A program made the position numbers and the translations under genes. A stretch of DNA of 32,000 bases, from positions 92,575-124,574 of the forward strand of contig SVGE01000002.1 of assembly GCA_015056545.1 (NCBI GenBank), read 5' to 3'. The notes beneath the pieces are model-generated. The model had not been told where the DNA came from. It ran no database searches and saw only the letters and a program-made list of their open reading frames with translations. This DNA is from Clostridiales bacterium. Its GTDB lineage: Bacteria > Bacillota > Clostridia > TANB77 > SIG350. Positions 1 to 9,897 of the stretch are shown here, piece after piece; position 1 is the first letter of the stretch; each line of letters opens with the position of its first letter.

Positions 1-1011
1 TATATAAAACAAGCAGATATTACAAATATAAATGATGTAACAAATTATGTTGAAAAGACTTATGATAAACCAATAAATTTATCTTGGGATTATGTGTATA
101 GCCAAACTCCAGATAGAAGTATGGAAATGCCAATTGAAGGTGTTAATATAATGTCACCAACTTGGTATGAATTAGTAGAAAAAAATACTGAAATAAAAAG
201 TAAAGTTGATGAAGAGTATATTTCATGGGCAAGAGAGAATGGATATGATTTATGGGTATTAGTAAGTAATGAAGGAAGAATAGAAACAACACATAATATA
301 TTAAATGATAGTAAATTAAGAGAAAAAATAATAAATGATTTAATTACTGAATATACTAAATATGGTTTTGATGGAATAAATGTAGATTTTGAAAACATGT
401 ATAAAGAAGATGCTATAATGTATGCACAATTTATAAGAGAATTAGCAGTTGTATTTAGAAATAATAATATATTTGTTTCAGTAGATATTACAGTTCCAGA
501 TGGAAGTGAAACATGGTCGTTATGCTATGATAGGGATGCACTTTCAGAAGCGGCAGACTATCTTGTATTAATGGGATATGATCAAACTAATGGAAGTAGT
601 CAAAAACCTGGTAGTGTAGCAGCTTGTAATTGGGTAGAAGCAAACCTTATAAAATTAAGAGATAATGAAGCTGTAAGAATGGACAAACTAATATTAGGAC
701 TTCCATTTTATACAAGAATTTGGACAACAAAATCTACAGGGGTTACTTCATCAACAATTGATATGAAAGATATAGATAATTATATTGTAAAAAATGGTCT
801 TACTAAACAATGGTTAGAAAATGAAAAACAAAATTATGTTGAATTTGAGAGAAATGGCAATAAAGTTCAAATGTGGATAGAAGATATTGAGTCAATTGAA
901 GAAAAATTAAAATTAGTTGAAAAATTTAATTTAGCAGGTGTTGCAAGTTGGGAAAAAGACAGGGAAGATGCAAGAGTTTGGGCTTTAATTAATAGTTATT
1001 TAAGTAAATAG
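1..1011 (+). CDS. Glycoside hydrolase family 18 (spore-cortex/peptidoglycan hydrolase-like, YdhD/YaaH-type), 5'-truncated by window edge
   Basis: The frame of ORF 94..1011 stays open back to nt 1, so the gene starts upstream of the window. Carries the GH18 catalytic motif GFDGINVDFE (DxxDxDxE) and is similar overall to GH18 proteins of spore formers. Confidence 0.8.
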   Translation, partial: YIKQADITNINDVTNYVEKTYDKPINLSWDYVYSQTPDRSMEMPIEGVNIMSPTWYELVEKNTEIKSKVDEEYISWARENGYDLWVLVSNEGRIETTHNILNDSKLREKIINDLITEYTKYGFDGINVDFENMYKEDAIMYAQFIRELAVVFRNNNIFVSVDITVPDGSETWSLCYDRDALSEAADYLVLMGYDQTNGSSQKPGSVAACNWVEANLIKLRDNEAVRMDKLILGLPFYTRIWTTKSTGVTSSTIDMKDIDNYIVKNGLTKQWLENEKQNYVEFERNGNKVQMWIEDIESIEEKLKLVEKFNLAGVASWEKDREDARVWALINSYLSK

Positions 1012-1082
1012 AATTAAAGATGAATAAAATAACCTTTATTTTCATATATTGTATAAAAGTATGAAAATGGAGGTTTTTTATT

Positions 1083-1994
1083 ATGTTAGGGATTATATTT
1101 TTAAAAAATGAAAGTAGTTATTTAAATAAGGTTTTTAAATTAAATAGTATTAATATTATGAATATTAATAATTGTACAAAAGTAATAAATTTATGTTTTA
1201 ATAATATTGAAAAAAAACAGCAACAAATTAAATTTGTAGAAAAAATTATAAATAAATTAAAAAAGAATAATATAGATAAAGTACTTATTCAAAAAGATAT
1301 TTATATTATATCTAAGGAGTTGATAAATAAATTTAGAGAAAGTGATATTCAAATAATTACAGGAAATAATATTTATGAAAAAAATCTTAATAATATTATA
1401 ACATATATATTAGATAATAATAGTAATTTACAAATTGAACAAGTTAATTTGGGAATATTAATTAATAAAATAACATATAAAAGATTAGAATATATAAAGC
1501 AAATGGCTTCAAAAGTTAAATGTATGACTATTATTACAGAAGACAAATTAAAATTTGAAAATACATGTACAAATATATTTGAAAATGAGGGACTTTCAAT
1601 TAAATTAAGTGATAATTTTAGAAGCGGATTAAAAGGAAGTACAATAATTGTTAATTTTGATATAGAGAATAAAAATATATTAGATAATATACCGAATAAT
1701 TGTATATATATTAATTTTGGAGATTGTGCAGAAAAAATGAAAAAAAGTTTTAAAGGTATTATTGTAAATGATATTAAAGTAAAAATAGATAAAGAAGAAA
1801 ATAATTTAATTCAATATTTAGATGAAAACAAATTTAGAAATTTAGCAATTGCTGAAGCAATAACAAGGGAAGATAATAATTATTTAATAACACATTTAGT
1901 AGGTATTAAAGGAAATATTCCTATAAGTGATATTCAAAATTTTGATGTTATCAAAAGAAATAAACAAAATAGGGGAAAAAAGAATAAAAAATGA
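1083..1994 (+). CDS. Hypothetical protein (303 aa, Asn/Ile/Lys-rich)
   Basis: Long ORF with GGAGG about 9 nt upstream of the ATG. No motif recognised. Confidence 0.5.
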   Translation: MLGIIFLKNESSYLNKVFKLNSINIMNINNCTKVINLCFNNIEKKQQQIKFVEKIINKLKKNNIDKVLIQKDIYIISKELINKFRESDIQIITGNNIYEKNLNNIITYILDNNSNLQIEQVNLGILINKITYKRLEYIKQMASKVKCMTIITEDKLKFENTCTNIFENEGLSIKLSDNFRSGLKGSTIIVNFDIENKNILDNIPNNCIYINFGDCAEKMKKSFKGIIVNDIKVKIDKEENNLIQYLDENKFRNLAIAEAITREDNNYLITHLVGIKGNIPISDIQNFDVIKRNKQNRGKKNKK

Positions 1995-2073
1995 AAAAAA
2001 TATAATAATATTATAATGTAAAAAAATAATAGTTATATGAATATTAAATTACATACAAAAATACAAAATACTA

Positions 2074-2102
2074 TTGACAAAAATTAAAAAATGGAATAAT
2101 AT
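2074..2102 (+). promoter_or_regulatory. Sigma-A type promoter upstream of greA
   Basis: TTGACA (2074-2079), 17-nt spacer, TAATAT (2097-2102). Confidence 0.5.
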
Positions 2103-2160
2103 ATCATAAGTTAATAAATATAGTATATTAACAGTATATTTCGTAAAGGAGAAATGTAAT

Positions 2161-2637
2161 ATGTCAAAGGAAATTATATTAACAGAAGATGGATATAAAA
2201 AGTTAGAAGAAGAATTAGATTATTTAAAAGGTGAAAAAAGACAAGAAATTGCTGAAAGAATAAAAGTTGCTTTAGGTTTTGGAGATATTTCTGAAAACTC
2301 AGAATATGATGAAGCTAAAAATGAGCAAGCACTTATTGAAATGAAAATTGCAGAATTAGAGAATAAAATAAGAAATGCGAAAGTTATAGATGAAAGTGAT
2401 ATATCTACTAGAACTGTTAGTGTTGGAACTAAAGTTAAATTATTAGATATTGAATATGATGAAGAAATTGAATATTCAATTGTTGGTATTACTGAAGTAG
2501 ATTTAGAAAATAACAAAATATCTAATGAATCACCAATTGCGGCTGGTTTAATTGGTAGAAAAAAAGGTGAAACTGTGGATATTGATGTTCCAGCAGGGAA
2601 AATATCTTTTAAAATACTTGGTATTTCAAAATTATAA
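2161..2637 (+). CDS. greA: Transcription elongation factor GreA
   Basis: 158 aa. N-terminal coiled-coil [17 protein letters not shown]...[11 protein letters not shown]...[13 protein letters not shown] is the classic GreA signature. AGGAG RBS. Confidence 0.95.
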   Translation: MSKEIILTEDGYKKLEEELDYLKGEKRQEIAERIKVALGFGDISENSEYDEAKNEQALIEMKIAELENKIRNAKVIDESDISTRTVSVGTKVKLLDIEYDEEIEYSIVGITEVDLENNKISNESPIAAGLIGRKKGETVDIDVPAGKISFKILGISKL

Positions 2638-2691
2638 TGCTTAATTATATTAGTAATAAAAAATATTTATATAAAAAATATATATAATTTA

Positions 2692-2721
2692 TTGACAGGT
2701 ATAAATTATATATGTTAATAT
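2692..2721 (+). promoter_or_regulatory. Promoter of the pyrG leader (extended -10)
   Basis: TTGACA (2692-2697), 18-nt spacer containing TGt, TAATAT (2716-2721). Confidence 0.5.
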
Positions 2722-2744
2722 TAGCACATATTAATTTTAATTAT

Positions 2745-2810
2745 AAAATAGATTAAAAAAAAACCCCTTTTTTCGGGAACTTTTTCTTAATCTATTTTTT
2801 GTTTTTTTTA
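2745..2810 (+). terminator. Leader hairpin plus U-tract between the pyrG promoter and pyrG (putative attenuator)
   Basis: AAAATAGATTAA (2745-2756) pairs with TTAATCTATTTT (2787-2798). Inner A-run/T-run pairing and CCC/GGG pairing (2764-2777). Followed by TTGTTTTTTTT. Confidence 0.5.
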
Positions 2811-2840
2811 AAATAAAAGGGGTGTGAAAGGAGTTAGATT

Positions 2841-4415
2841 ATGAATACAAAGTATATTTTTGTAACAGGTGGAGTAGTATCAGGTTTAGGAAAAGGAATA
2901 ACAGCTGCAGCATTGGGAAGATTACTTAAAAATAGAGGATATAAAGTTGTTATACAAAAATTTGACCAATACATAAATATTGATCCTGGTAAAATGAATC
3001 CAATAGAACATGGTGAAGTTTTTGTAACAGATGATGGAACAGAAACAGATTTAGATTTGGGGCATTATGAAAGATTTATTGATGAAAATTTAACTTGCAA
3101 ATCAAGTTTAACAACTGGAAAAATATATTCTAGCGTAATTAATAAAGAACGTAGTGGAGAATATGGAGGAAAAACTGTACAAGTTATACCACATATAACT
3201 AATGAGGTTAAAGAAAATATATATTCATTTAAAAATACAGATGTAGATATAGTAATTGTAGAAATAGGAGGAACTGTTGGAGATATAGAAGGTCTTTATT
3301 TAATAGAAGCAATAAGACAAATAGGTACTGAAAATTTAAAGGAAGATGTAGCATATGTTCATGTAACATTACTTCCATATATATCAGGGTCTAATGAATT
3401 AAAATCTAAACCAACACAACATTCAGTAAAAGAATTACAATCTTTTGGTATAAAACCAGATATATTAGTATGCAGAAGTGATGTTCCTATTCCTCATGAA
3501 TTAAAAGAAAAAATATCTCTTTTCTGTAATGTTACCCCAGATAATGTTATTGAAAATAAAACTGTAAACTGTTTATATGAAGTTCCATTAATGCTTGAAA
3601 AAGAAGGTTTAGGTAATCAAATATGTAAACATTTACAAATAGAAAATAAAGTGGATAATAAAAAATGGGAAGAAATAGTTAACAAATATATATATGCAGA
3701 AAAAGAAATTAATATAGCAATAGTAGGTAAATATACACAACTTGAAGATTCATATTTGTCTGTTATTGAAAGCATTACACATGCTGGTATTAACAATGAT
3801 GTTAAAGTAAATATAGAAATAATCAATTCAAATGAATTATTAGAAGAGAATGTAAAAGAAAAATTAAGTAAATTTAGTGGAATAATTGTTCCGGGAGGTT
3901 TTGGAAAAGAAGGAACTGAAGGAAAAATTATAGCAATAAAATATGCAAGAGAAAATAATATACCTTTTTTAGGTATTGGTTTAGGAATGCAACTTTCAGT
4001 AATTGAATTTGCTAGAAATGTTTTAAATATTAAAGATGCTACTACTGAAGAATTTGATAAAACAGCAGAAAATAAAATTATACATATAATAAGTGATAAT
4101 AGTAATACAATGAGATTAGGAAGTTATCCATGTTTATTAAAAGATAATTCACTTGCACATAACATATATAATGAGAAAACAATAAATGAACGTCATAGAA
4201 ATAAATATGAATTTAATAATAGCTATTTAGAAATTCTAGAAAATAATGGAATGATAGTTTCTGGAAAATCAGTAGATGGAAGATTTGTTGAAATAGTTGA
4301 AATACAAAATAATAAATTTTTTATAGGAACACAATTTCATCCAGAATTCAAATCAAGACCTAATAGACCAGCGCCTTTATTTGATAGTTTAATTAAAGCT
4401 TGTATAATTAAATAA
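2841..4415 (+). CDS. pyrG: CTP synthase
   Basis: 524 aa. N-terminal YIFVTGGVVSGLGKGI, and a C-terminal glutamine amidotransferase domain (GICLGMQ-like GIGLGMQ, FHPEF). Confidence 0.97.
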   Translation: MNTKYIFVTGGVVSGLGKGITAAALGRLLKNRGYKVVIQKFDQYINIDPGKMNPIEHGEVFVTDDGTETDLDLGHYERFIDENLTCKSSLTTGKIYSSVINKERSGEYGGKTVQVIPHITNEVKENIYSFKNTDVDIVIVEIGGTVGDIEGLYLIEAIRQIGTENLKEDVAYVHVTLLPYISGSNELKSKPTQHSVKELQSFGIKPDILVCRSDVPIPHELKEKISLFCNVTPDNVIENKTVNCLYEVPLMLEKEGLGNQICKHLQIENKVDNKKWEEIVNKYIYAEKEINIAIVGKYTQLEDSYLSVIESITHAGINNDVKVNIEIINSNELLEENVKEKLSKFSGIIVPGGFGKEGTEGKIIAIKYARENNIPFLGIGLGMQLSVIEFARNVLNIKDATTEEFDKTAENKIIHIISDNSNTMRLGSYPCLLKDNSLAHNIYNEKTINERHRNKYEFNNSYLEILENNGMIVSGKSVDGRFVEIVEIQNNKFFIGTQFHPEFKSRPNRPAPLFDSLIKACIIK

Positions 4416-4425
4416 ATATACACAA

Positions 4426-4467
4426 GGAACATATTGTGAATTATACAATATGTTTTCTTTTTTTTAT
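4426..4467 (+). terminator. Rho-independent terminator of pyrG
   Basis: AACATATTGT (4428-4437) pairs with ACAATATGTT (4445-4454), followed by TTCTTTTTTTT. Confidence 0.7.
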
Positions 4468-4537
4468 AAAAAAATACAAATTTAGACTTTATCTTTTGAA
4501 TAATATATGCTATAGTAATTTTGTGAGGAGAAGATTT

Positions 4538-6076
4538 ATGAAAAAAATAATAAAAATAATATTTTTAAGTATGATATTTTGTTTGATTTTTGTAATATCG
4601 TCTTTTGCAACAACAAATTATTTAATAGATGAAAAAGAATATGAATACACAGGAAAAGACGTTACAGTAAAATATAATGATGAGAAAATGGAATTTGATG
4701 TTCCACCAATAATACATAATGATAGAACTCTTTTGCCTATTAGAGCTTTAATTGAAAAATTAGATGGAACTGTTGAATGGGAAGAAAAAACAAGATTAAT
4801 TACTATAGAAGTTGATGATAAAAAAATAGGAATGCAAATAGGAAACAAAAAGGCTAGTGTAAATGGAAAAACAGTAGAGTTAGATGTTGTACCATGTATT
4901 GCTTATCAATTTGGAAATGCTGATTTAGGAAGAACTGTTGTCCCTATAAGATTTGTAATGGAAAATTTGGGTTTAGAAGTTAAATGGGATCAAGAAACAT
5001 ATACTGTTTTAGTTTTAAATGAAAATGATAAAAAAGATGAAAATAATTCTTCAGAAAATAATGAAAGCAACAATCAAGAGGAGCAAGAACCAGAGGAAGA
5101 AAAACCATTTGAATTTTCAAATACAGTTGAAAAAGTTAGTTATACATTAAACAATAATAATATTGTTATTAAGATAACTACTTCAAAAGCGATGGAATAT
5201 ACAGTATCAAATTACCATAACCCTGAGAGAACGGTTATAGATATTAATGGTGCACAATTTAATTGTTCACAAAAAGAGCAAAAAATTGAGCAAGGAACGG
5301 TGCAGAAAATACGTTTAGGACAAGGAGATAAATATGCAAGAGTGGTTATAGATTTAGCGGATGTATCTGTATATACTAAAACAACTAATACTGCAAAAAC
5401 AGAATTATATATTACATATAGAATAAAGAAAGATTATAGTGAAAAAGATGAATTTATTGTTGTTTTAGATCCAGGACATGCTGCTGGAACTGTTGGAGCA
5501 TATTATGGAGGAATTGCAGAAGAAGAAATTACAGCAGATGTTGTAAATAGAGCTTTAAAATTATTTGAAAAAGAAAAAAATATAAAAGTGTATAGTACAC
5601 AAAAAGATCAAAAGATACCAGGACTTCAAGATATAGCAAATTATGCTAATAATTTAAATGCAGATTTATTTGTTAGTGTACATTGTAATGCAGCAGCAGA
5701 TGATAAAGGTAATCCATTAGATACAGTATCTGGAACAGAAACTTTTTATGCTATACGTGATCAAGAAATTATTGATGGAGAAGATACAATTACATTAAAT
5801 ACAGATAAAGAGTATTATGGAATAACTAGTAAACAATTAGCTGACTATATACAAAAAGGTATTATAGGCAATTGTGAAAGTAATGATAGGACAATAAAAG
5901 AAAGAGGAACATTAGCTGTACTTAGATATACAAATATGCCAGCTTGTTTATGTGAATTAGAATTTATGACTTCTGAAGAATCTTTAAATAATTTAAAAGA
6001 TGAAGATTATAGACAAAAATGTGCACAAGGGTTATATGATGGAATTATGAATGCAATAAAATATATGCAAAAATAG
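4538..6076 (+). CDS. Secreted N-acetylmuramoyl-L-alanine amidase (copper-amine-oxidase-N-like stalk repeats plus Amidase_3 domain)
   Basis: The true start is probably ATG 4538, with GAGGAG RBS at 4525-4530; the ORF-track start 4436 lies inside the pyrG terminator. Signal peptide MKKIIKIIFLSMIFCLIFVISSFA. Repeats DRTLLPIRALIEKLDGTVEW and RTVVPIRFVMENLGLEVKW. Amidase_3 motifs VVLDPGHA and DLFVSVHCNA. Confidence 0.85.
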   Translation: MKKIIKIIFLSMIFCLIFVISSFATTNYLIDEKEYEYTGKDVTVKYNDEKMEFDVPPIIHNDRTLLPIRALIEKLDGTVEWEEKTRLITIEVDDKKIGMQIGNKKASVNGKTVELDVVPCIAYQFGNADLGRTVVPIRFVMENLGLEVKWDQETYTVLVLNENDKKDENNSSENNESNNQEEQEPEEEKPFEFSNTVEKVSYTLNNNNIVIKITTSKAMEYTVSNYHNPERTVIDINGAQFNCSQKEQKIEQGTVQKIRLGQGDKYARVVIDLADVSVYTKTTNTAKTELYITYRIKKDYSEKDEFIVVLDPGHAAGTVGAYYGGIAEEEITADVVNRALKLFEKEKNIKVYSTQKDQKIPGLQDIANYANNLNADLFVSVHCNAAADDKGNPLDTVSGTETFYAIRDQEIIDGEDTITLNTDKEYYGITSKQLADYIQKGIIGNCESNDRTIKERGTLAVLRYTNMPACLCELEFMTSEESLNNLKDEDYRQKCAQGLYDGIMNAIKYMQK

Positions 6077-6091
6077 TGGAGGTGTTTTGTA

Positions 6092-6565
6092 ATGAATGAA
6101 ATGGGAATATCTAAAGGTTTATTTGGTTTAGATAAAAATCAAGTAAATCAATATATAGCAGATTTAAAAGCAGATTATGATGTAATTATTTCACAAAAAA
6201 ATGATGAAATTGAGAAATTAAAAAAAGAGAACGAAAGATTAAATGAATTATTAAAAGAATTTGAAGAAAATAAAGAAAAAATAAAACAAGATAAAGAAGC
6301 AATTGCATGTGTTTTATTAAAAGCACAAGAACAGGCTAATCAAATTATTGATCAAACAAGAGTTGAATTTGAAAAAGAAAAAAATGATTTAGAAGTAATT
6401 GTTGAAAAAGAGAGAGAAAAATTATTAGATGTAAAAAAAGATTTAGGTACATTAAAATTAGCTGTTGTAACTACATTAGAAAAATATGCTAAAGAATTAG
6501 AAAAACTTGAAAATGGTACTGTTACTAAAAGTAAAAGAGTAACTAAAACAAAAGTTAAAGAATAA
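6092..6565 (+). CDS. DivIVA-domain coiled-coil protein
   Basis: The N-terminal segment FGLDKNQVNQYIADLK resembles the DivIVA GYDxxEVDxFL motif. The rest is Glu/Lys coiled coil. GGAGG RBS. Confidence 0.55.
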   Translation: MNEMGISKGLFGLDKNQVNQYIADLKADYDVIISQKNDEIEKLKKENERLNELLKEFEENKEKIKQDKEAIACVLLKAQEQANQIIDQTRVEFEKEKNDLEVIVEKEREKLLDVKKDLGTLKLAVVTTLEKYAKELEKLENGTVTKSKRVTKTKVKE

Positions 6566-6594
6566 AGAGTATAAAATACAAAGGAGAAATTGTT

Positions 6595-7716
6595 ATGAAT
6601 AAAGAATTATATGAAAAATTAGTAAAACCAAATGTTGTTGAATTAGATAACAAAATTGATCAAATTGATATGTCTAAAGCAGAAGGGAAAATAGAGGAAT
6701 ATGATTATCAAAAAGAATTATATAATATATTAACAGAAAAATTTAGTATTATTGAGGATATTGCACTTAAGCAAGTTAATAAAAATGTTAAAGAATTTGA
6801 AGAAAAAGAAAATATAAAAAATAGTGCTGAAGTTAGAGTTGTTCAATATGATAAGTTGCAAGAACAAGTAAAAAGTTCATATACAAAAATAACTAAAGCT
6901 TTAGAAAATGGTAAAAATATAAAATGTGAGTTAGATAGTTTAGACGAGACAGGAATGAATATATATAAAAATACTGTTAGTATTGAACAAATAAACAAAA
7001 ATATTGAAATACACAAAGAAGAGTATACTTCTAATTTGCCAGAGGCTCCTAGAACATTTATACAAAAAATTGGTGAATATTTTTCAAAAGAAAGAAGAGA
7101 ATATATAAAAGTATTAAAAGATTATCAAAAAATGATAAAGATACATGCTAATGAAGGAAATAAACTTGTAAAAACTCAATTTGATATTGAAAAAAGATTA
7201 TTAGATATTCATAATAATGCTTCAAATGTAGAAGAAAAAGAATTTATAGATGCAATAAAATTAGATGAAATAACAATTAGAATAATGAACAATAACAAGG
7301 AAGGTAATTCTAATGATAAATATATAGCAGATACTATAGGATTAATATTCCAAGGAATATTAAAACAAGAGATAGAAAAATGTATATTATCAGATAGTCA
7401 AATAAATGATAATGAAAAATATATAAATTATAACAATATATTTGAAAAAATAGAGTTTGCAAAAAATGATGTATCATATAATATAGAAAAAATTAATGAA
7501 TTAGATATTGAAAAAGCTAATCTAGAAATTAAAGAGAAAATAAATAATTTAATTATTAATTCTAACAAATTATTAATTGATACTAATAATATTATGGCAA
7601 GTAATATTAATCAAATACTTGAACTATTAAATGATATACCTAAAGATAAGAAAAATGATTATGAACAATTTATAGCAAAAATGTGTGGTAAATACCCACA
7701 ATTAATTCAAAAATAA
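6595..7716 (+). CDS. Hypothetical coiled-coil protein (373 aa)
   Basis: Long ORF with AAGGAG RBS. No motif recognised. Confidence 0.5.
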   Translation: MNKELYEKLVKPNVVELDNKIDQIDMSKAEGKIEEYDYQKELYNILTEKFSIIEDIALKQVNKNVKEFEEKENIKNSAEVRVVQYDKLQEQVKSSYTKITKALENGKNIKCELDSLDETGMNIYKNTVSIEQINKNIEIHKEEYTSNLPEAPRTFIQKIGEYFSKERREYIKVLKDYQKMIKIHANEGNKLVKTQFDIEKRLLDIHNNASNVEEKEFIDAIKLDEITIRIMNNNKEGNSNDKYIADTIGLIFQGILKQEIEKCILSDSQINDNEKYINYNNIFEKIEFAKNDVSYNIEKINELDIEKANLEIKEKINNLIINSNKLLIDTNNIMASNINQILELLNDIPKDKKNDYEQFIAKMCGKYPQLIQK

Positions 7717-7736
7717 ATCTTTTGTTAGAAGAAATA

Positions 7737-7765
7737 TTGACAGAATTAAAAAATAGTAGTAATAT
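7737..7765 (+). promoter_or_regulatory. Sigma-A promoter of the aspS T-box leader
   Basis: TTGACA (7737-7742), 17-nt spacer, TAATAT (7760-7765). Confidence 0.55.
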
Positions 7766-7780
7766 ATATTACATATGAAA

Positions 7781-8030
7781 AGCAATGATAAAGGAATGCA
7801 TATTAGTATATTTGTTTTTAGAGAGAAAGTATAATAGCTGAAATTACTTTTATTCAAATTAATATGTGGAACACCTTTGGAGCTAACTTATGCAAAGTAA
7901 GTTCGTAAAAACTGCGTTAAAGTTAAAGAGATAAATATATATTAGAAAGTATATTTATGAAGCTGGGTGGCACCACGAAAAAAAGTCTATTCGTCCCTAA
8001 TACATTATTTGTATTAGGGACTTATTGTAT
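7781..8030 (+). promoter_or_regulatory. T-box riboswitch leader controlling aspS
   Basis: Stem I base with GA/K-turn: AGC-AATGAT-AAAGG (7781-7794) pairs with CCTTT-GGA-GCT (7874-7884). AGTA S-turn element at 7805-7808, AGAGAGA box at 7820-7826, distal loop GCTGAAA at 7837-7843. T-box sequence AGCTGGGTGGCACCACG at 7961-7977. Terminator GTCCCTAATAC/GTATTAGGGAC at 7993-8021 followed by a T-rich tail. Confidence 0.85.
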
Positions 8031-8048
8031 ATATTAGGAGGTTATTTT

Positions 8049-9845
8049 ATGAAAACTGAAATGTTAAATGGATTAAAAAGAACACATATGTGTACAGAAG
8101 TTAGTGTAAAAAACTTAAATGAAGAAGTTACATTAATGGGATGGGTACAAACAAGAAGAGATATGGGTGGAATTATTTTTATCGATTTAAGAGATAGAAC
8201 TGGTTTAGTTCAAATTGTATTTAATAATTCTATATCTTCTGAATTATTAGAAAAAGCTGAAAAATTAAGAAGTGAATATGTAATAGCTATTAAAGGTATT
8301 GTAGAAAAAAGATCTGATGAAACTATTAACCCAAATATGAAAACAGGTGAAATAGAAGTAATAGTTAATGAATTAAGAATATTAAGTAAATCTGAAGCTC
8401 TACCATTCCAAATAGAAGATGGAATTCCTACAAATGAATTAGTAAGATTAAAAAATAGATGTTTAGATTTACGTAGAAATGAAATGAAAGAAAAATTAAT
8501 AACTAGATATAAAATTACTAAAATTGCAAGAGATTATTATGATGAAAATGGTTTCTTAGAAATTGAAACACCTATTTTAACTAAATCTACACCAGAAGGA
8601 GCAAGAGATTATTTAGTACCTAGTAGAGTTGTTCCTGGAACATTTTTTGCTCTTCCACAATCACCACAATTATTTAAACAAATGTTAATGGTGTCTGGTT
8701 ATGACAGATATATTCAAATAGCAAAATGTTTTAGAGATGAAGATTTAAGAGCAGATAGACAACCAGAATTCACACAAATAGACTTAGAGATGTCTTTTGT
8801 TGATGAAGAAGATGTTATGACACTAAATGAAGGCTTCTTAAAAAGAGTATTTAAGGAAATATTAAATGTAGATATTCCTACACCATTTATTCGTATGCCA
8901 TATAAAGAAGCTATGGATAGATTTGGTTCTGATAAACCAGATATTAGATTTGGTATGGAATTAGTAGATTTATCTGATATAGTAAAAGATTGTGACTTTA
9001 AAGTGTTCTCAGATGCAGTAGCAAGAGGAGGTTCTGTTAGAGCTATTAATGCAAAAGGCTGTGGAGATAAATTTAGTAGAAGAGAAATTGATGCATTAGG
9101 AGAATTTGCAAAAATATATAGAGCTAAAGGTTTAGCATGGATTTCACTTGAAAATGGTGAAATTAAATCAGCTATTACTAAATTCTTAAAACAAGAAGAA
9201 ATTGATAGCATTCTAAAAGCTATGGATGCTGAGTCAGGTGACTTAATATTATTTGCTGCAGATGTAAATGACATTGTTTATGATGTTTTAGGAAACTTAA
9301 GATTAGAAGTTGCTAGAAAATTAGATTTACTTAATAAAGATGATTATAAATTCTTATGGGTAACTGAATTCCCACAATTTGAATATAGTGAAGAAGAACA
9401 AAGATTAGTTGCTAAACATCATCCATTTACAATGCCAATGAATGAAGATATTCCACTGTTAGATACAAACCCAGCAAGTGTTAGAGCTAAAGCATATGAT
9501 GTTGTATTAAATGGTGTTGAAATAGGTGGTGGAAGTTTGCGTATATATAATAGTGAGCTTCAAGAAAAAATGTTCAATTTATTAGGAATTGATAGTGAAA
9601 CAGCACATGAAAGATTTGGTTTCCTATTAAATGCATTTAAATATGGTGTACCACCACATGGGGGAATGGCATATGGATTAGATAGATTAGTAATGCTAAT
9701 AACAAAAACTGATAATATTAAAGATGTTATTGCATTCCCTAAATTACAAAATTCATCTTGTCCATTAACAGATGCTCCATCTGTAGTTGATTATAAACAA
9801 TTAAGAGATTTACGTATTAAATCAACAGCAGAGGAAAAGAAATAG
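8049..9845 (+). CDS. aspS: Aspartate--tRNA ligase (bacterial type with GAD insertion domain)
   Basis: Start is ATG 8049 with AGGAGG at 8035-8040; the ORF-track TTG at 8025 is unlikely. Class II motifs FRDEDLRADRQPEFTQID, GGGSLRI and GLDRLVM. Confidence 0.97.
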   Translation: MKTEMLNGLKRTHMCTEVSVKNLNEEVTLMGWVQTRRDMGGIIFIDLRDRTGLVQIVFNNSISSELLEKAEKLRSEYVIAIKGIVEKRSDETINPNMKTGEIEVIVNELRILSKSEALPFQIEDGIPTNELVRLKNRCLDLRRNEMKEKLITRYKITKIARDYYDENGFLEIETPILTKSTPEGARDYLVPSRVVPGTFFALPQSPQLFKQMLMVSGYDRYIQIAKCFRDEDLRADRQPEFTQIDLEMSFVDEEDVMTLNEGFLKRVFKEILNVDIPTPFIRMPYKEAMDRFGSDKPDIRFGMELVDLSDIVKDCDFKVFSDAVARGGSVRAINAKGCGDKFSRREIDALGEFAKIYRAKGLAWISLENGEIKSAITKFLKQEEIDSILKAMDAESGDLILFAADVNDIVYDVLGNLRLEVARKLDLLNKDDYKFLWVTEFPQFEYSEEEQRLVAKHHPFTMPMNEDIPLLDTNPASVRAKAYDVVLNGVEIGGGSLRIYNSELQEKMFNLLGIDSETAHERFGFLLNAFKYGVPPHGGMAYGLDRLVMLITKTDNIKDVIAFPKLQNSSCPLTDAPSVVDYKQLRDLRIKSTAEEKK

Positions 9846-9862
9846 AAGATGTTTGTACAATA

Positions 9863-9891
9863 TTGACATAATTATATAAATATATTAAAAT
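9863..9891 (+). promoter_or_regulatory. Consensus sigma-A promoter 18 nt after the aspS stop (drives the putative antitoxin sRNA)
   Basis: TTGACA (9863-9868), 17-nt spacer, TAAAAT (9886-9891). Confidence 0.55.
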
Positions 9892-9897
9892 AAAAAT

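Noticed and set aside
2722-2730. Bacillus-type reiterative-transcription (GGGC start) control of pyrG.
   Set aside because: There is no G run at the predicted transcription start. Only the generic leader terminator is supported.
4436-4537. N-terminal extension of the amidase ORF given in the ORF track (start at 4436).
   Set aside because: The extension overlaps the pyrG terminator and has no RBS. ATG 4538 has a GAGGAG RBS and begins a canonical signal peptide.
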